Shown here: positions 47,331-60,490 of the stretch, in pieces
Layout: each line of letters opens with the position of its first letter
Numbering within the stretch: the first letter of the stretch is position 1
Assembly (NCBI GenBank): GCA_030704615.1
Contig: CM060731.1
Span: forward strand, 11,160,001-11,224,000
Source of the DNA: Takakia lepidozioides
Lineage: Eukaryota; Plantae; Bryophyta
DNA length: 64,000 nucleotides
Reading direction: 5' to 3'
Translations under genes and position numbers: made by a program
The notes under the pieces: generated by a model
The model's database searches: none
Told to the model about the DNA's origin: nothing
Seen by the model: only the letters and a program-made list of their open reading frames with translations

Positions 47331-50300
47331 GGACCAAGCTGACTCTCCCAAGAACCTTGTAAACATCAGCGAGGACTTAAGTGTGCAACAACGATAAGGC
47401 TTAGTGCTTGAGGGGAAGAAAAAACATCGCATTGGTCCATGAGAACCACCATGGTGCAGCTAAGCGAGCAGAGATTGAAACACGACCTGCTAAGACCAAG
47501 CTGATTCTCCCAAGAACCTTGTAAACATCAAGAAGACCAAATCATGGTGCTAACAGGAGCCAAAAGCCCACATTTGCAGGATGGACAAACTTCTTCACAT
47601 CCTACATTAAGAAAAAGCCACACCTTTGCGATTGCGATTGTCCCACCATCATGAAGGATCTGTAAAAAACTCATGCGAGCTCTACTCCGTGCTGCAAATT
47701 TAGGGCCGAGTCTGATGAGAGGGCAAAACAGGCTGAAATAGGTCGAAGAAGAAGGTGCCCTCACCACATTGTCGTCGACCTTGTGTCATGACCCATGGAG
47801 GATTTGACAGACCATGAACCCAAACGGACCTCTTGTGTGTGTTGCTTGTGTCTGTAGTCAGGTAATGTCGGATTGTCCATGAGAACCACCACGGTGCAGC
47901 ATCGCGAGCAGAGATTGAAACGCGACTTGCTAAGACCAACCTGCACGAGGACTTAGTGTGCACAGCAACGATAGGGCTTAGTGGGGCTTAGTGGGTAGGG
48001 AATTCCAAAAAGGCCTTGATGTGAAATGCATTGCAATTCACTTGATCACCTAGGGAATTCCAAATAGGCCTTGATGTGAAATGCAGCGCAATTCACTTGA
48101 TCAGATGCCAATTCAATTGAACTAACCCTAATTTGCAATTCAATTGAATTGCTGACTGCAATTCAATTGAATTGTAATCTATAATTTTTAACGCAGTTTT
48201 GTATATAATATATTATCATGTGTATGTATATGTATATGTATCGTATACACATATACATACGAGAGTATAAGATGAATATACATGCTGGCCCGTCTATTCC
48301 TGCTGCCCGTCCATCCTTTGCTTGTGGTAAGGCCTAAGTCACGACATGAGTCGCGTACCCTAAAGGAGAGATATATACTAGAGAGAGAGCGAGAGGGGAA
48401 AGGGAGAGAGAAATGAAGTGATGAAGGGTTTTTAGGGCAGAGGTGCCCTAAAAGTGAAAGGATCAAATCAGTTGGAGGACGAGAAGTAACGAGAGAAGAA
48501 TGCAACAACAAGTTTAGGGTTGAGCGGTGGTGGAGCGGTGGTGGCGCTATGTATGATGGAAGCCTTCTTGGATCACCAAATGACAAGATCTGCCCATGAG
48601 TAAGCACATTCCCATATTGGCATGAGTTTCCCCAATCATTGATAAAGATATCATTTTAGCTAAAGCTGTAGTTCTTGTGTACGTGCAGGTGACTCATGAG
48701 TTTTGAGGAGAGAACTTTAGGGGTAGTAGAGTGGGTTACCAAACGCTCCTCAACACATACACTGAAAGAAAGAGCTTGATCACATGGTTTGTCTTCAACC
48801 TGCCCACACTGTGTACTGTGGTTTGCTAATATATTTTAGGATAGCCTGCGCATCAACGACCCTGAGAAATTTTTGTGTATCAATCTCTTCTGAGGATGAG
48901 TTTGACTGGTGGGTGTTGCTTACAATCTAAATATGTTAGCATGTTTCATCTGCACCTTGAGACACTAACCAATTTCATACTGCCAAGCCCTTATAGTGCC
49001 AATATATGGCTATGTACATATACCAAACATGATACCACTGTAAGAGTATCAACGTCTAAGAGTTGATATATTAAACTCTCTATCGAACACACAGCCCAAT
49101 TGCAACATGATACCTTTGCAAGGGTATCGAAACAAGATTATTGGAGATAATTCTCGAAATGAACATGTCTTTTGTTTTCTCTGGGGTTGTGTCATGGGGG
49201 CCAGATACTAGTGCCAGGGGAGTACATGATGATGCAGGGGAAGCCATTCATCAATTGTGAGGTTTGAAATTGTTTGTTTCCTTCAGAGGTAGCCATATAT
49301 CTTTTGCCAGTGAATCAGAGGAAGCTGAAGCACTTCTGAGTAAGCCATCTGTCTCCCAAAGGGTCCCCCAAAAAATGAGATGGAGCTAGCCCTGGCATGC
49401 ACATCAAACCCATTTAGCTCACAAGCAGTTTAAGGAGGTTTGCATAAACATTTGGCCAAGGTTTGAGGGCTTTGCCTCATTCCAACAACAATATTTACCA
49501 AAGCACATAACGTGCTTGTAATAACACTCGGGCTGCATGTGGGGTTCATGGGATGCTGAATGGAAGTTGAGGAATTTGAAAGGCTGGAGTGGGAATCGAG
49601 AGCATGAATGCTAAGTTCTACAATAGTGATGAGATTATGGTTGTAGTGCAACGTTGTAGTGGGTTTGTTATTGGCAGCCCAACACTTGCAAGCCACATGC
49701 CCACTCCTATGAAGGTGTGACTGGTGATCTAGTGACCAGTCACTTAGTCAAACCAGCGATACGCAGGCAGTGGGTAGAGTGGTGGATGAGCAGCACATGG
49801 AGAGAGGTGTGCACATGGAAGATCAATGTCAAGTCCATATCAGCCCCTATGCCAAGTTATATTGCTTCCTCTTGTGGTCAATACCTCTACATTCTTTTGT
49901 ACTGGAACCGCAGATTGATTGAAAAGCACATGGACAACGGTCTGCACAGGAAGATCACTACCAAGTCCATATTAGCCCATACGCAAGTGACCACTTGTAG
50001 CAGACCTCTAACCTGCTTCATGACTGGTGATTCCGTTGTTCCTCAGATGTGGGAATCATGCAGAACATAATTCATCAACTAAGTTCTTTAAATCTTCCTC
50101 TTTGTTGCGGGATACTCAGATTGCAAACAACACGAGCAAAATGAAAACACGGGGCTATGAAGGAAGGAAGCAGATCGGATGGTCGTTCAGGACCATATTC
50201 AAATTCCAAAAGTTGCAAGAAATGGAAAACAACAAAATGCAGGTCAACTTCTCATGTATCCAGGCATTGCCGTGGACTCACTCACTCAATCACTGAGATT

Positions 50301-50454
50301 TAAATTAACTTAAGTCTGCAATATGACTGGTTACTCAAAATTTGGTTCTCAGTGTGAGTAAAGTTGATTAAATTGATGCCCCTAAACCGAAACTCCATGT
50401 CAAATAGATATAAGAGCTGGTTGAAGGCACTGTGTACTGGCCTAAAACCAACCA

Positions 50455-50572
50455 CATAGTCACAAAGGTCTAGATCGGCCACATCCTGAAGCATCGACTG
50501 CCTGTTTCGCAGCTGTTGAATGGCTTCTAGTGGGTTTGGCACAATCACGTCTGGATACTTCTGCTTAAAATC
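50455..50572 (-). pseudogene. Captured inositol-tetrakisphosphate 1-kinase (ITPK)-like exon
   Basis: DFKQKYPDVIVPNPLEAIQQLRNRQSMLQDVADLDL, preceded by a TGTAG acceptor. Confidence 0.7.
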
Positions 50573-51998
50573 CTACAAATGCACAAGCACCAGATCAGCA
50601 ACATGGCCAAAGAGTGAGTGAATTGGACTCCCAATGTACCCATTTACATGCTTAATCCTAAAGCAGTCACTGTATCCACAGCCTCAAAATATGTACATAG
50701 CCTCGGCCTACAACTTTTATGTTGTATGCACCCATTTAGCAAAGGTTCTTGGGAGCTATACTTGAGGCTAGGAAAACCACCCAGCGCCTACACAGCCTGC
50801 AAACCACATTCCTCTTGGTAGGACAATAGCGACATAGCCTCCCTACAATGGAGTAGTGTAGTCCGTATCTTTGTACCATTATTTGGGCACTTTTCTTAGG
50901 CAACTAGAATGTCAAAAAGAGAGTAAGAAGAAACACACAAACAAGTCTCAGAATTTTCTCCATACTTACAAGGTAAAGGTAGCCAAAAAAGAGGCCCTGA
51001 TTCGATTAGTTCTACATTCCTTCCTCTTCATCATCATCATGCTCCTCCTCCTCCTCCTCCTCCTCCTCCTCCTCCTCCCCCTTCCCCCCCCTCCCCCTCC
51101 CCCTCCCCCTCCTCATCTGCATCGTCGTCATCTGTTTCTTCCTCCTCTCCCTCATCTCCTCCATCATTGTTTGTCCCTTCTTCATCCTCCGTGTTTGCAC
51201 ACAGGGTCCCCTCTGTGGGCATGTAAACACAACGGACAAAGAGGTCCAGCTGAGTACTCATGCCGCCCTTCAAATTCAGTTTTAGCCAGATACTATGCTC
51301 GTACCTCAAACCCTTGTTGATAATTTCACAATTGTCAAACAAGAAATCACGAACGAACTTCTTTGAGATTGAATTGATGCGGGACTCTATTAGAAGCACT
51401 TTTGGTCATTGCAACCTTCAACGTACCCCTGTTATCAAGTCTTGAGATGGTACCATTAACCATGAAATCCAAGCCTAAGGTAGAGCATGTAGTTTTAAAG
51501 GACACATCGTCCATCCTGGGATTCACCCCAAAAACTACACATGAAGCCCTAGATTTGGCATAAGTAACCACTTGTGAGGGATCACCCTGAGGAGTGTTGA
51601 TGTTGATAGGAGCTAAATTTTTGATTGTTTTCGCAAGCCATAAGTTTAAGCACAGGAACCAACCCGAGCCCAAGTGCCGAGTATGCTAGACAGAGCATAC
51701 GACTGCCCAATTTGGGCGGAGGAGCTGCCCCCAAGCGGTAGGAGTCCGCTTGTTACCATTCAGAGATCACACTCCAGGGAGTTGCAGGGAATGGCCCGTG
51801 TAGGCATATTCTAAAGAGGGAAAGGCCCCAAGCTTTCCAACTAAATCCAATGCACTACCTTACCTGAAGCAAAACGCTTAAGGTCGAAACAAACAAGGAC
51901 ACGAGGTCAGAAGGCCGGCATTTAGTGACAGAGACATTAATGTACTCCCGTTTCAAGTCCACCCAATGTCAATAGGCTTCCTAGAGGACAGGGAGAAA

Positions 51999-52001
<3 letters not shown>

Positions 52002-52055
<54 letters not shown>
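52002..52055. repeat. (GA)n microsatellite
   Basis: Direct inspection. Confidence 0.95.
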
Positions 52056-52058
<3 letters not shown>

Positions 52059-54133
52059 GAAATGAAATAGGGTTTGGTTGTTTGTTTCTGCCTTGGCACC
52101 TAAGGTGATATTAGTTGTCCTCCGCATACATATCCAGCACACCAGAAAGAGAAGAAAGCTCTTTGAACTTACTTGAAGCATCTTGTATTTCCGAGGGTGC
52201 AGCATCATTCATACTCAGGATGGACACGGTTGCCTTACCAAATGTGTCAGCTCTGCTGCTGCCTCTTCCTTGGCCTCTTCCTGTCCACCCAACCATGACA
52301 CGTACCATGAAAAACTCACTTGACATTTCTATCCCACTCTTCTTATTGAGTAAACCAGAAACAATAGACATCATGTAGCCAAGTGCTACGCGATGAACAG
52401 CTGTAGAATCTAACAAGCGAGGACTGGGATAAAAACAGAGATAAGAATGCATACGTTGCCAATCCCTCTGTAGGTATACTAAACAGGGCAACTACCTCAT
52501 AACGATACCTCAACCTGCATATAGGCTGATTTGACCAGGTTTCTTTGTAAGTCATGCGCTATACCTCTGGTGGTATACTAAACAGGGCTACTGTCTCATG
52601 ACGATACCTCCGCATAAATATAGATTAATTTGGCCAACTTTTCTTGTAAAATGAAATACTATACCTCTGTAGATATATCAAACAGGGCTACAACCTAATG
52701 ACGATACCTCTACTAGTATATATGTGTAATATATATCTCTCCTTTAGGGTACGCGACTCATGTCGTGACTTAGGCCTTACCACAAGCAAAGGATGGACGG
52801 GCAGCAGGAATAGACGGGCCAGCATGTATATTCATCTTATACTCTCATATGTATATGTGTATATGATACATATACATATACATACACATGATAATATATT
52901 ATATATATTATATACAAAACTGCGTTAAAAATTATAGATTACAATTCAATTGAATTGCAAATTAGGGTTAGTTCAATTGAATTGGCATCTGATCAAGTGA
53001 ATTGGCATATGATCAAGTGAATTGCGCTGCATTTCACATCAAGGCCTATTTGGAATTCCCTAATCACCCCCTAAAAGTGCGCAATTCAATTGAATTGCAA
53101 GGGCAATTCAATTGAACTAACCCTAATTTGCAATTCAATTGAATTGTCGGCACACGATTCAATTGAATTGCGAATTGGCAATTCAATTGAATTGTAATAT
53201 ATAATTTTTAACTTATTTCTGTATATAATATAATATATGTATATGTATATATTTAAATTATACATATATACATACACAGGTATAAGCTAAAAATACATGT
53301 TGCCCGTCTATTCTTGCTGTCCGTCTGTCAATCCTTTGCCCGTGGTAAGGCTTGAGCCCAAGATAAGCCTAAGGGAGAGCGAGAGAGGGGAAGTCACGAA
53401 GCGCTTGTAAAAGCGGGATTGTCTCTCTTTGTGGATGTTGGTGCCAATATATGGCTATGTACATATACCAAACATGATACCAATGTAAGAGTATCAACGT
53501 GTAAGAGTTTGATATATTAAACTTATATAGAACACACATCCCAACTTCAACATGATACCTTTGTAAGGGTATCAAATTTTTTGATAATTCTCAAGATGAA
53601 CATATTTTTTGTTTTCTTTGTCCTGGGCCAGATACTAGTGTTAGGGGACTACATGGTGATGCAGGGGAAGCCTTTCATCAATTGTCAGGTTTGATTTTGT
53701 CTGTTTTTTTCGGAGCCAGCCATGTTTCTTTTGCCAGTGAATCACAGCAAGCTGCTGATCTGTCTCCGTCTCTGGCTCTCCCTTTCTCGCTGAGGCTGAG
53801 GGTGGTTTCACAACTCCACAATTTCCTCAAGGGCACAAGAAAGAGGGCCAGCAAGAATAGACGGGCAACATGTATTTTTAGCTTATACTCTTATATGTGT
53901 ATAAATATAATTTGAATATATACATGTACATATATATTATATATTATATACATAAATAAGTTAAAAATTATAGATTACAATTCAATTGAATTGTAGTCAG
54001 CAATTCAATTGAATTGCCAACTAGCGATTCAATTGAATTGCGCACTTTTAGGGGGGTGATCAAGTGAATTGCAATGCATTTCACATCAAGGCCTTTTTGG
54101 AATTCCCTAAGTGGGGCTTAGTGCATGAGGGGG

Positions 54134-54210
54134 AAAAAAAACAACGCGAGGAGTTTGAACCCGCGACCCCGCGACACGCAGGAAGAGCCTTACCAGTACG
54201 CTACATGCAC
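54134..54210 (-). ncRNA. tRNA-derived Pol III-like element (SINE head or tRNA pseudogene)
   Basis: A-box-like TAGCGTACTGG, B-box GGTTCAAACTCC, followed by a T run; cloverleaf incomplete. Confidence 0.35.
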
Positions 54211-54609
54211 ACATTTGAAATTTCCCCCCAAAAGTATGCATATATTGTACATACGTGATGGGCAACTTTTTAAGTTTTTAACCTTTTTACAAACCCTATA
54301 AGTAATTTTTTTTAAATAAATTTTAAATGAAACCTCAGGCCCTTGAGGAGGGGAAAAAATTAACCCCCTTTCATTTATGGGCCATGAGACCTACAGGATG
54401 ATCAACGCCTAGACATACCATCGTCACAAACAATCCCACACATGGGGTAATGCAGCAAGTTTGAACCCTGAACCACCAGGGCAACACACTCTGCACTTAC
54501 CAACCGATGTGCTTTTTAAAAATCTTTTGCACTTTGATTTTTTTTTTAAAAATTCATTTTAGTGGTTACAAGTGAGCACATAGATGTATTCCATGGAGAT
54601 AAACAAAAC

Positions 54610-54928
54610 TGTTTTTCCGGTGTCTTCACGGTGGATGTATCCCATGGAGCGTTACATGAAAGATCTTAAGGGATACGTTAGGAATTACGCAAAGCCAGAA
54701 GGGAGTACGGCTACAGGGTATGTTCTGGATGAGGCCATGGGGTTCATGACTGAGTATGTGCAATCATTTGATGCAACTCAACGGCGGACTTGGGATGCAA
54801 ATGCGGAGGAAGGGGTTGAGGACGAGGTCTTCGAAGGTGTCGGCAAAAAGCGGGACATGACTGGAGCTGGGAGAGATGCAGCACAAATTTTGTATATGCT
54901 GAACAATACCAATGTCATGGCTCCTTAG
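54610..54928 (+). pseudogene. CACTA transposase fragment (DUF4218-like)
   Basis: PVSSRWMYPMERYMKDLKGYVRNYAKPEGS..GYVLDEAMGF. Confidence 0.85.
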
Positions 54929-56171
54929 GTGCAGTGAGTACTTCTTTTCATTGCACCTTATTCATATCAAGTTCAATTTCAATTCTGACTGTCACCAGTG
55001 TAATCAAACCACCCACAAAGTCACAAATGTCAGTGGTTCATCCTGATTATAACCAATGCTGTAGTAACGGAATGTTTGAGTGAGTGACTTGTTGGAAGAA
55101 CATATTCATTTACAAGTCATTCTGCTCACTCCTCCAGTGGTTTGAAACAGTGGTTTTCAAAGTATCATTCATGCTAGGTATTTTTTGATAAGTAATGCAA
55201 TACTTCATTGCTAACATGTGTCATTCTTGTTGCCATGTTGTGACAAAAAGTATGCAACAAAGAAGGCACAGTTCACAGCAGACAGAGAGACATTTGTTGA
55301 TGAATGGCATGCCAATCGACGTCTACCTTATCAGATCTGCCAATACCCAGGTCATTAGATGGTCCCACGGCTCTAAATAAAGAAGACCTGGCTATGTTGG
55401 CTACCATTCAAGCGGCATTTGTGCAACCAACTGCTATTCCAGTTGAGCAAAGTGATTTAGAGGGCGACGAATATGTTTCAGATTCAGAATAAAGTTTATT
55501 GTTGGAACCATTTGTTCAATAGCATCATCCCACAATGGTCTGGCCACTTGTCTATTTTTCAAAGTCTGTCACAGCTGCACAAACCACTTAAAGTTTTTCA
55601 TGTATCACCAAAAAAGTGGTACCAATCACTGTTGTGTAGGCAACCACTCATGAGCAACCACTAGAATAGTGGTTCCAATTACTGCAGTATCTTTCACCAC
55701 CCACTCTCCACCACTGTCAAAGTGGTACAAATCAATGAGGTGTCTTTAACCACTCAAAATCAACGTGCATTGTCCCGTCCACGTGGAATATTATATTTAT
55801 GAATTAAAATATATTTTCAAATCATAAATCACAAATAAAATTTGAATTATTACACGTGGAGTAGCAAGTGGTTTCAACCACTTCCCATCATTGAGGTGTC
55901 TATAACCACTCACAATGTACCACTGCACTCGTCCACATGGAATATTATATTTATTAATTAAAATATATTACCAAACTAATAATAATAAATAAAAACAAAT
56001 TATTACACGTGGACTATTGAGTGGTTGACACCACTTCCAACCACTGTCTCTGATGCCACCGTGGCATTTTATTGGGATTAACCACTGGCAAGTGGTTACT
56101 AGTGGTTTATAGAGTGGGAAAGACAGTAGTGATTAAAAGGCCAATGGTTATTCCGCGTTTTTCTTCTAGTG

Positions 56172-58379
56172 GCACCTGGAGCACCTAAAAAGGGTGTTCC
56201 AGAAATTACGAGAAGGGAAGCTGTATGCGAAAGCTTCAAAGTGCAAATTCGGGGTCACAAAAGTGGAGTTCCTAGGGCATGTGATTACACAGGAGGGGAT
56301 CAAAATGGATGACAAAAATGTGATAGCGATCTTGGACTGGGAGCCTCCGACTTCGGTCCCGGGAGTGCAATCATTTCTACGACTCGCCTCCTATTACCGA
56401 AAGTATGTGAGAAATTTCGCCAAGATCGCGGGGCCACTGTCAGACCTTCTGTATAAATCCAAGGTATGGGTATGGAACACCTTTTGTGGCCAAGCTTTTG
56501 CCGAGTTGAAGCAGCGGATGGCGGAAGCTCCAGTCCTAAAAATCCCGGAGTTCGATCGTCCATTTGAGATTCATACAGATGCGTTGGACTTCGTAATTGG
56601 GGGTGTGCTCATGTAGGATGGACGGCTAGTGGCTTACGAAAATAAGAAACTGAATGAAGTGGAGCGACGGTGGCCTACGCACGAGAAAGAAATGAAGGTG
56701 GTGGTGCATTGCCTTGAGCTTTGGCGCCACTATGTTGGTTCCAACCCGGTGAAGGTGTTCACGGACAAGGTCACGGTGAAGTATTTTGCCACGAAGCCTA
56801 AGTTGTCCCCAAAACAACTTAGGTGGCAAGACACTTTTGTGGTGTTCAACGTGGATATCCAGTACAAACCGGGACGGGACAATGTGGTGACCGATGCCTT
56901 AAGTAGAAAGCAGCAGCTCATGTTGGTGTACAGAAGCGAGACGACGCTCCAAAGGAAGATCCGGAAGGCTTACCAGAAGGATGAGATGGCAAAGTTTGTG
57001 ATGCGGGACTTGAGGATGGGGGTTAAATCGCACTTCCACTTGCAAAATGGACTGCTCCGGTACAAGCAAAAACGTCTCTATGTGCCGAAGGGAGGGATCA
57101 GAGATAGTCTCTTAAGAGAATGTCATGATGGCCCGCATGCAAGCCACGGCGGAGCCAAACGCACCGCGGCGCTCTTGAAGAAAGAGTATTTCTGGCCCAA
57201 ACTGAGGGAGGAGGCCGAGGAATATGTGAAGACATGCACCACGTGCCAACAAAACCGGAGCGAGTACTAAAAGCAAGTGGGGCTCTTACAACCCTTGCCG
57301 ATTCCAGAGGGGTCTTAGGAAAGTGTCTCGATGGATTTCATGACTGTTATGTCGCTGTCAAAAGGATTTGATGCAATCATGGTGGTGGTGGATAGGTTCA
57401 GTAAAATGGGCCGTATCATTCCCACAAGATATACGGCAACGGCACAGGAGACAGGGCAACTTTACTTCGCCCACGTCTTCAAGCATCATGGACTCCCGAA
57501 GGATATTGTCTCGGACCGGGATCCAAAGTTTACAAGTAAATTTTGGAGGGCACTTTGGAAGAAGGTGGGGACGAGGCTCAATATGAGCACCGCCTTCCGA
57601 CTGACGACGGACGACCAAACGGAAAGAGTGAATTTCGTGGTGAAGCAGATCTTGCGGAATTATGTGTCGGCAGACCAATCAGACTGGGTGAAGCATTTGG
57701 ATGCGGCAGAGTTCTGTTATAATAACACAAAACACTCCGCAACGGGAGTTTCCCCTTTCGTATTAGTCTATGGAAAAGCACCTCTGGTGCCAACAAGTTG
57801 GGCCGCCCAGGACGTTGAGGAATCGGCAGCAACAGCGGTGCTGGAAGAATGCGAGCGTTTGTTGAAGCTCGCAAAGTACAACATTGCCAAAGCAAGGAAA
57901 CGGTATGAGCGGCAGGCAAATCGGAAGCGGAGGGAAGTTAAGTTTGAGGCAGGCACGGAGGTCTGGTTGAACATCAAGAATTTTCGACTGCCTCCGGAAG
58001 TGAGTCCGAAGTTCGTACCTCCGTATGTGGGGCCCTTTCGCATCCGGAAGGTTGTGAATGAGGACGTGTATGAATTGGAGCGGCCAACAAACAGCAAAGT
58101 GAATCTGGTATTCCACGTCTCCCTTTTGAAGCGCGTCCGAATTGACATCAAATATTGCATCCGCCACATGTGCTGTTCGATCATGAAAATGAACCTGAGT
58201 ACGAGGTGGAGGCAGTGTTTAAGTCGAGGGGGTTCAAGAATCAAGAAACGGAGTATCTCGTGAAATGGAAGGGCTATCATCAAGTGGAGGCAACTTGGGT
58301 GCGTGCCTCAGAAATGGGAAACGCATCCGAGGCGGTTGCAGCTTTCGAAGGGCGACCTCAAAAGCGGAAGAAGCATTGA
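56172..58379 (+). pseudogene. Chromovirus RT C-terminus, RNase H, integrase and chromodomain (second copy)
   Basis: SKCKF..VEFLGH; HTDA; EKEM..VVHCL; MDF..SDRDPKF..QTER; EYEVEAV..YLVKWKGY. Confidence 0.9.
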
Positions 58380-59253
58380 TGGGGACATCAACCTTAGAGC
58401 GTGGAAGAGGAAATGCATGCTTAGCCCGACTTAGCTAGCTCAGGAATCCGATTGCAAAAACTTGTGTTGTACAAATTTTGTTATAAATGAAATGATTTTC
58501 AAATGATGTGCTTCCTATTTTGTTTGGAATGGTGATGTATGGTATGGTTGGCTAGTGTGTAGAATCCATGCTAACTTACAAAAGTGGGAGGGGTAAATTG
58601 GATTAATCGTGTGTTGCGTAGTGCCAAAATCGGGTGACTCCCATCCAAAGGGCAAGATAACTTGCGCCTTCTTTGGGAGTTCAGGTGCAAGTGCGCACCT
58701 GGAGCGTGCGAGTACTATAACTGCGCTACCGAGGGGGTTGCCTTGTAGTGCGGGCTAACGCGGAACCTACGTGCTTCCGTTCACGTACTATAATCGTGTA
58801 GCCTCGGGACGAAGTCGTAGTTGGGCTTCGGCGTGTTCCCGTACCTCAGGCCAGCATTCCAAGGTTGACCCAATTGTAGTGATCAAGGTGCACGGTTTTT
58901 TCAAGGTGAACCTTTGCTCAAGGTGGTGCCAAAAGCGGCATCATGAGCGGTCGCAAGCAATGTTGTTGCAGTAAGGCGATTCGATCCTCGGGGAGGATCG
59001 TTCCTTGGCCTTGAAGTAGGCCAAGAAGAGTGTACTAGGTGGATCTTGAGAGGCTCCACCCTTGGCGGGGACTTGGAGGAAGTCGGCCGAACTAGCTAGT
59101 GGAGAGTAGAGTCAAGTGGGGGTTTTGTTCTTTGCCATGGGACGCCATGGTACGGAAACAAACTCCTTGATGTGGGACACCACAACTTGGATGTTCGTTT
59201 CTACAAAATGGACAAGTCGATGAGGACATCGACTCCCTGTTGGTAGGGGTGTG

Positions 59254-60490
59254 TATCGCGGCCCTTTGCCTTGAGGGCAGGGGGTCGGGACACGAGAGGG
59301 GCTGCCCCTGTGGTGGGGGCAGTGGCAACAATAGATGCGGGGGCAGAAGCACCCTAGAGTGCCCAAGTCACTCAAGGAGGCGGAGGCGCTCACTAGGTGG
59401 AGCCCCACACACCGGGTTGCGGTGGGGGTGGTTCCACGAGGGGTGGTGGTAGCTTAGTGGGTCTTAGTGGGGGTGGCATAGGACTCACCATGGGGCGGAA
59501 ACCTTGTGGTGGGAGTTGTGGGGATTCTTGGGACTCATCACGGCCCAATGTGGCCGTGGTGGGTGGGCCAAGACTCACCGCGACCCGTCACCGGGAGTTG
59601 AGGTTTTTCGTGGTGGTTCGCCATAAAATGGCAGGGTTGTTTGTGAAACCCCGGCGGACAGTCACAAAAGAATATATAGGGAGTAGTAACCCCGAGAATG
59701 GTGCAAGCTCGTTGGTAACCAAAAACTAGTGAGTAAGCGTGCGAGCCGGAAAGCGATCAAGGTGTGGGGAGCTGTTCCGAACTGCCATCGACCCGGTGTT
59801 CACGGACAATGTCACGTTGAAGTATTTTGCCACGCAATCTAAGTTGTCCCCAAAACAACTTAGGTGGCAAGATACTTTGGCGGTGTTCGACGTGGATATC
59901 CAGTACAAACTGGGACAGGACAATGTGGTGGCCGATACCTAAAGTAGAAAGCAGCAGCTCATGTTGGTATACAGGGGCGAGACGGCGCTCCAAAGGAAGA
60001 TTCGGAAGGCTTTCCGGAAGGATGAGATGGCGAAGTCCGTGATGCGGGACTTGAGGATGGGGGTTAAATCGCAGTTCCACTTGCAAAATGGACTGCTCCG
60101 GTATAAGCAAAGGCGTCTCTACGTGCCGAAGGGAGGGATCAGAGATAATCTCCTGAGAGAATGCCAGATGGCCTGCTTGCGGGCCACGACAAAGCGAAGC
60201 GTTGGAGCGTTGGAGCCAAGCCTGTTGGTGACCAAAAACTAGTGAGTAAGCATGCGAGCCGGAAAACGACCAAGGTGTGGGAGCTGTTCTGGGCTGCCAC
60301 CGACCAAAGGGAATTTCCACTTGGCCCAAATTGAGAGAGGGTCTTGTGGGGGAGTGAAGGGGGACCATTATGTCCCGGTGAGCAGCCGAAGCTCCGAGTT
60401 GGCCCGACGGCCAGTTTGGAAGTTAGGCGCGCGCATCAAAGCGAGTAACTTTGACTTGAAGGGGAGCTTACCAAAGTGAGGTGCGCGACA
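59254..60490 (+). repeat. Chromovirus LTR3 (1237 bp) containing a pol fragment at ~59795-60170
   Basis: Follows GGTAGGGGTGTG, matches LTR1 and LTR2, ends GCGCGACA before the TSD. Confidence 0.8.

Larger units (their letters stand above)
48051..53062. mobile_element. Same-family TIR element (5 kb, ~320-bp TIRs) inserted in the left TIR of the outer copy, 6-bp TSD ATCACC
   Basis: 48051-~48375 is inverted at ~52732-53062. ATCACC at 48045-48050 and 53063-53068. Confidence 0.85.
47996..54109. mobile_element. Non-autonomous TIR element with TAGGGAATTCC ends, 6-bp TSD AGTGGG (outer copy)
   Basis: TIR TAGGGAATTCCAAAAAGGCCTTGATGTGAAATGC... at both ends; CAATTCAATTGAATTG palindromic subrepeats. Confidence 0.8.
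25028..56171 (+). mobile_element. CACTA/EnSpm DNA transposon (31 kb including nested insertions)
   Basis: TIR CACTAGAAGAAAAACGYGGAATAACCA at both ends. 3-bp TSD GCA (25025-25027, 56172-56174). ACCACT/AGTGGT subterminal motifs. Host RT rejoins as EEH|LEHLKRVFQKL. Confidence 0.92.
20677..60490 (+). mobile_element. Chromovirus (Ty3/Gypsy, Galadriel-like by RT/RNase H motifs), tandem three-LTR structure, inserted in copy C protease
   Basis: Ends TGTCGCG...CGCGACA. 5-bp TSD TTGTG (20672-20676) / CTGTG (60491-60495). PR, RT, RH, INT and chromodomain remnants. Confidence 0.82.

Noticed and set aside
47330-47980. Local ~100-150 bp duplications
   Set aside because: No termini or coding signal; probably ordinary CACTA-internal duplication.
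50871-51399. Poly-Leu/Pro/Gly/Glu ORFs
   Set aside because: Translations of a CCT/C-rich low-complexity tract.
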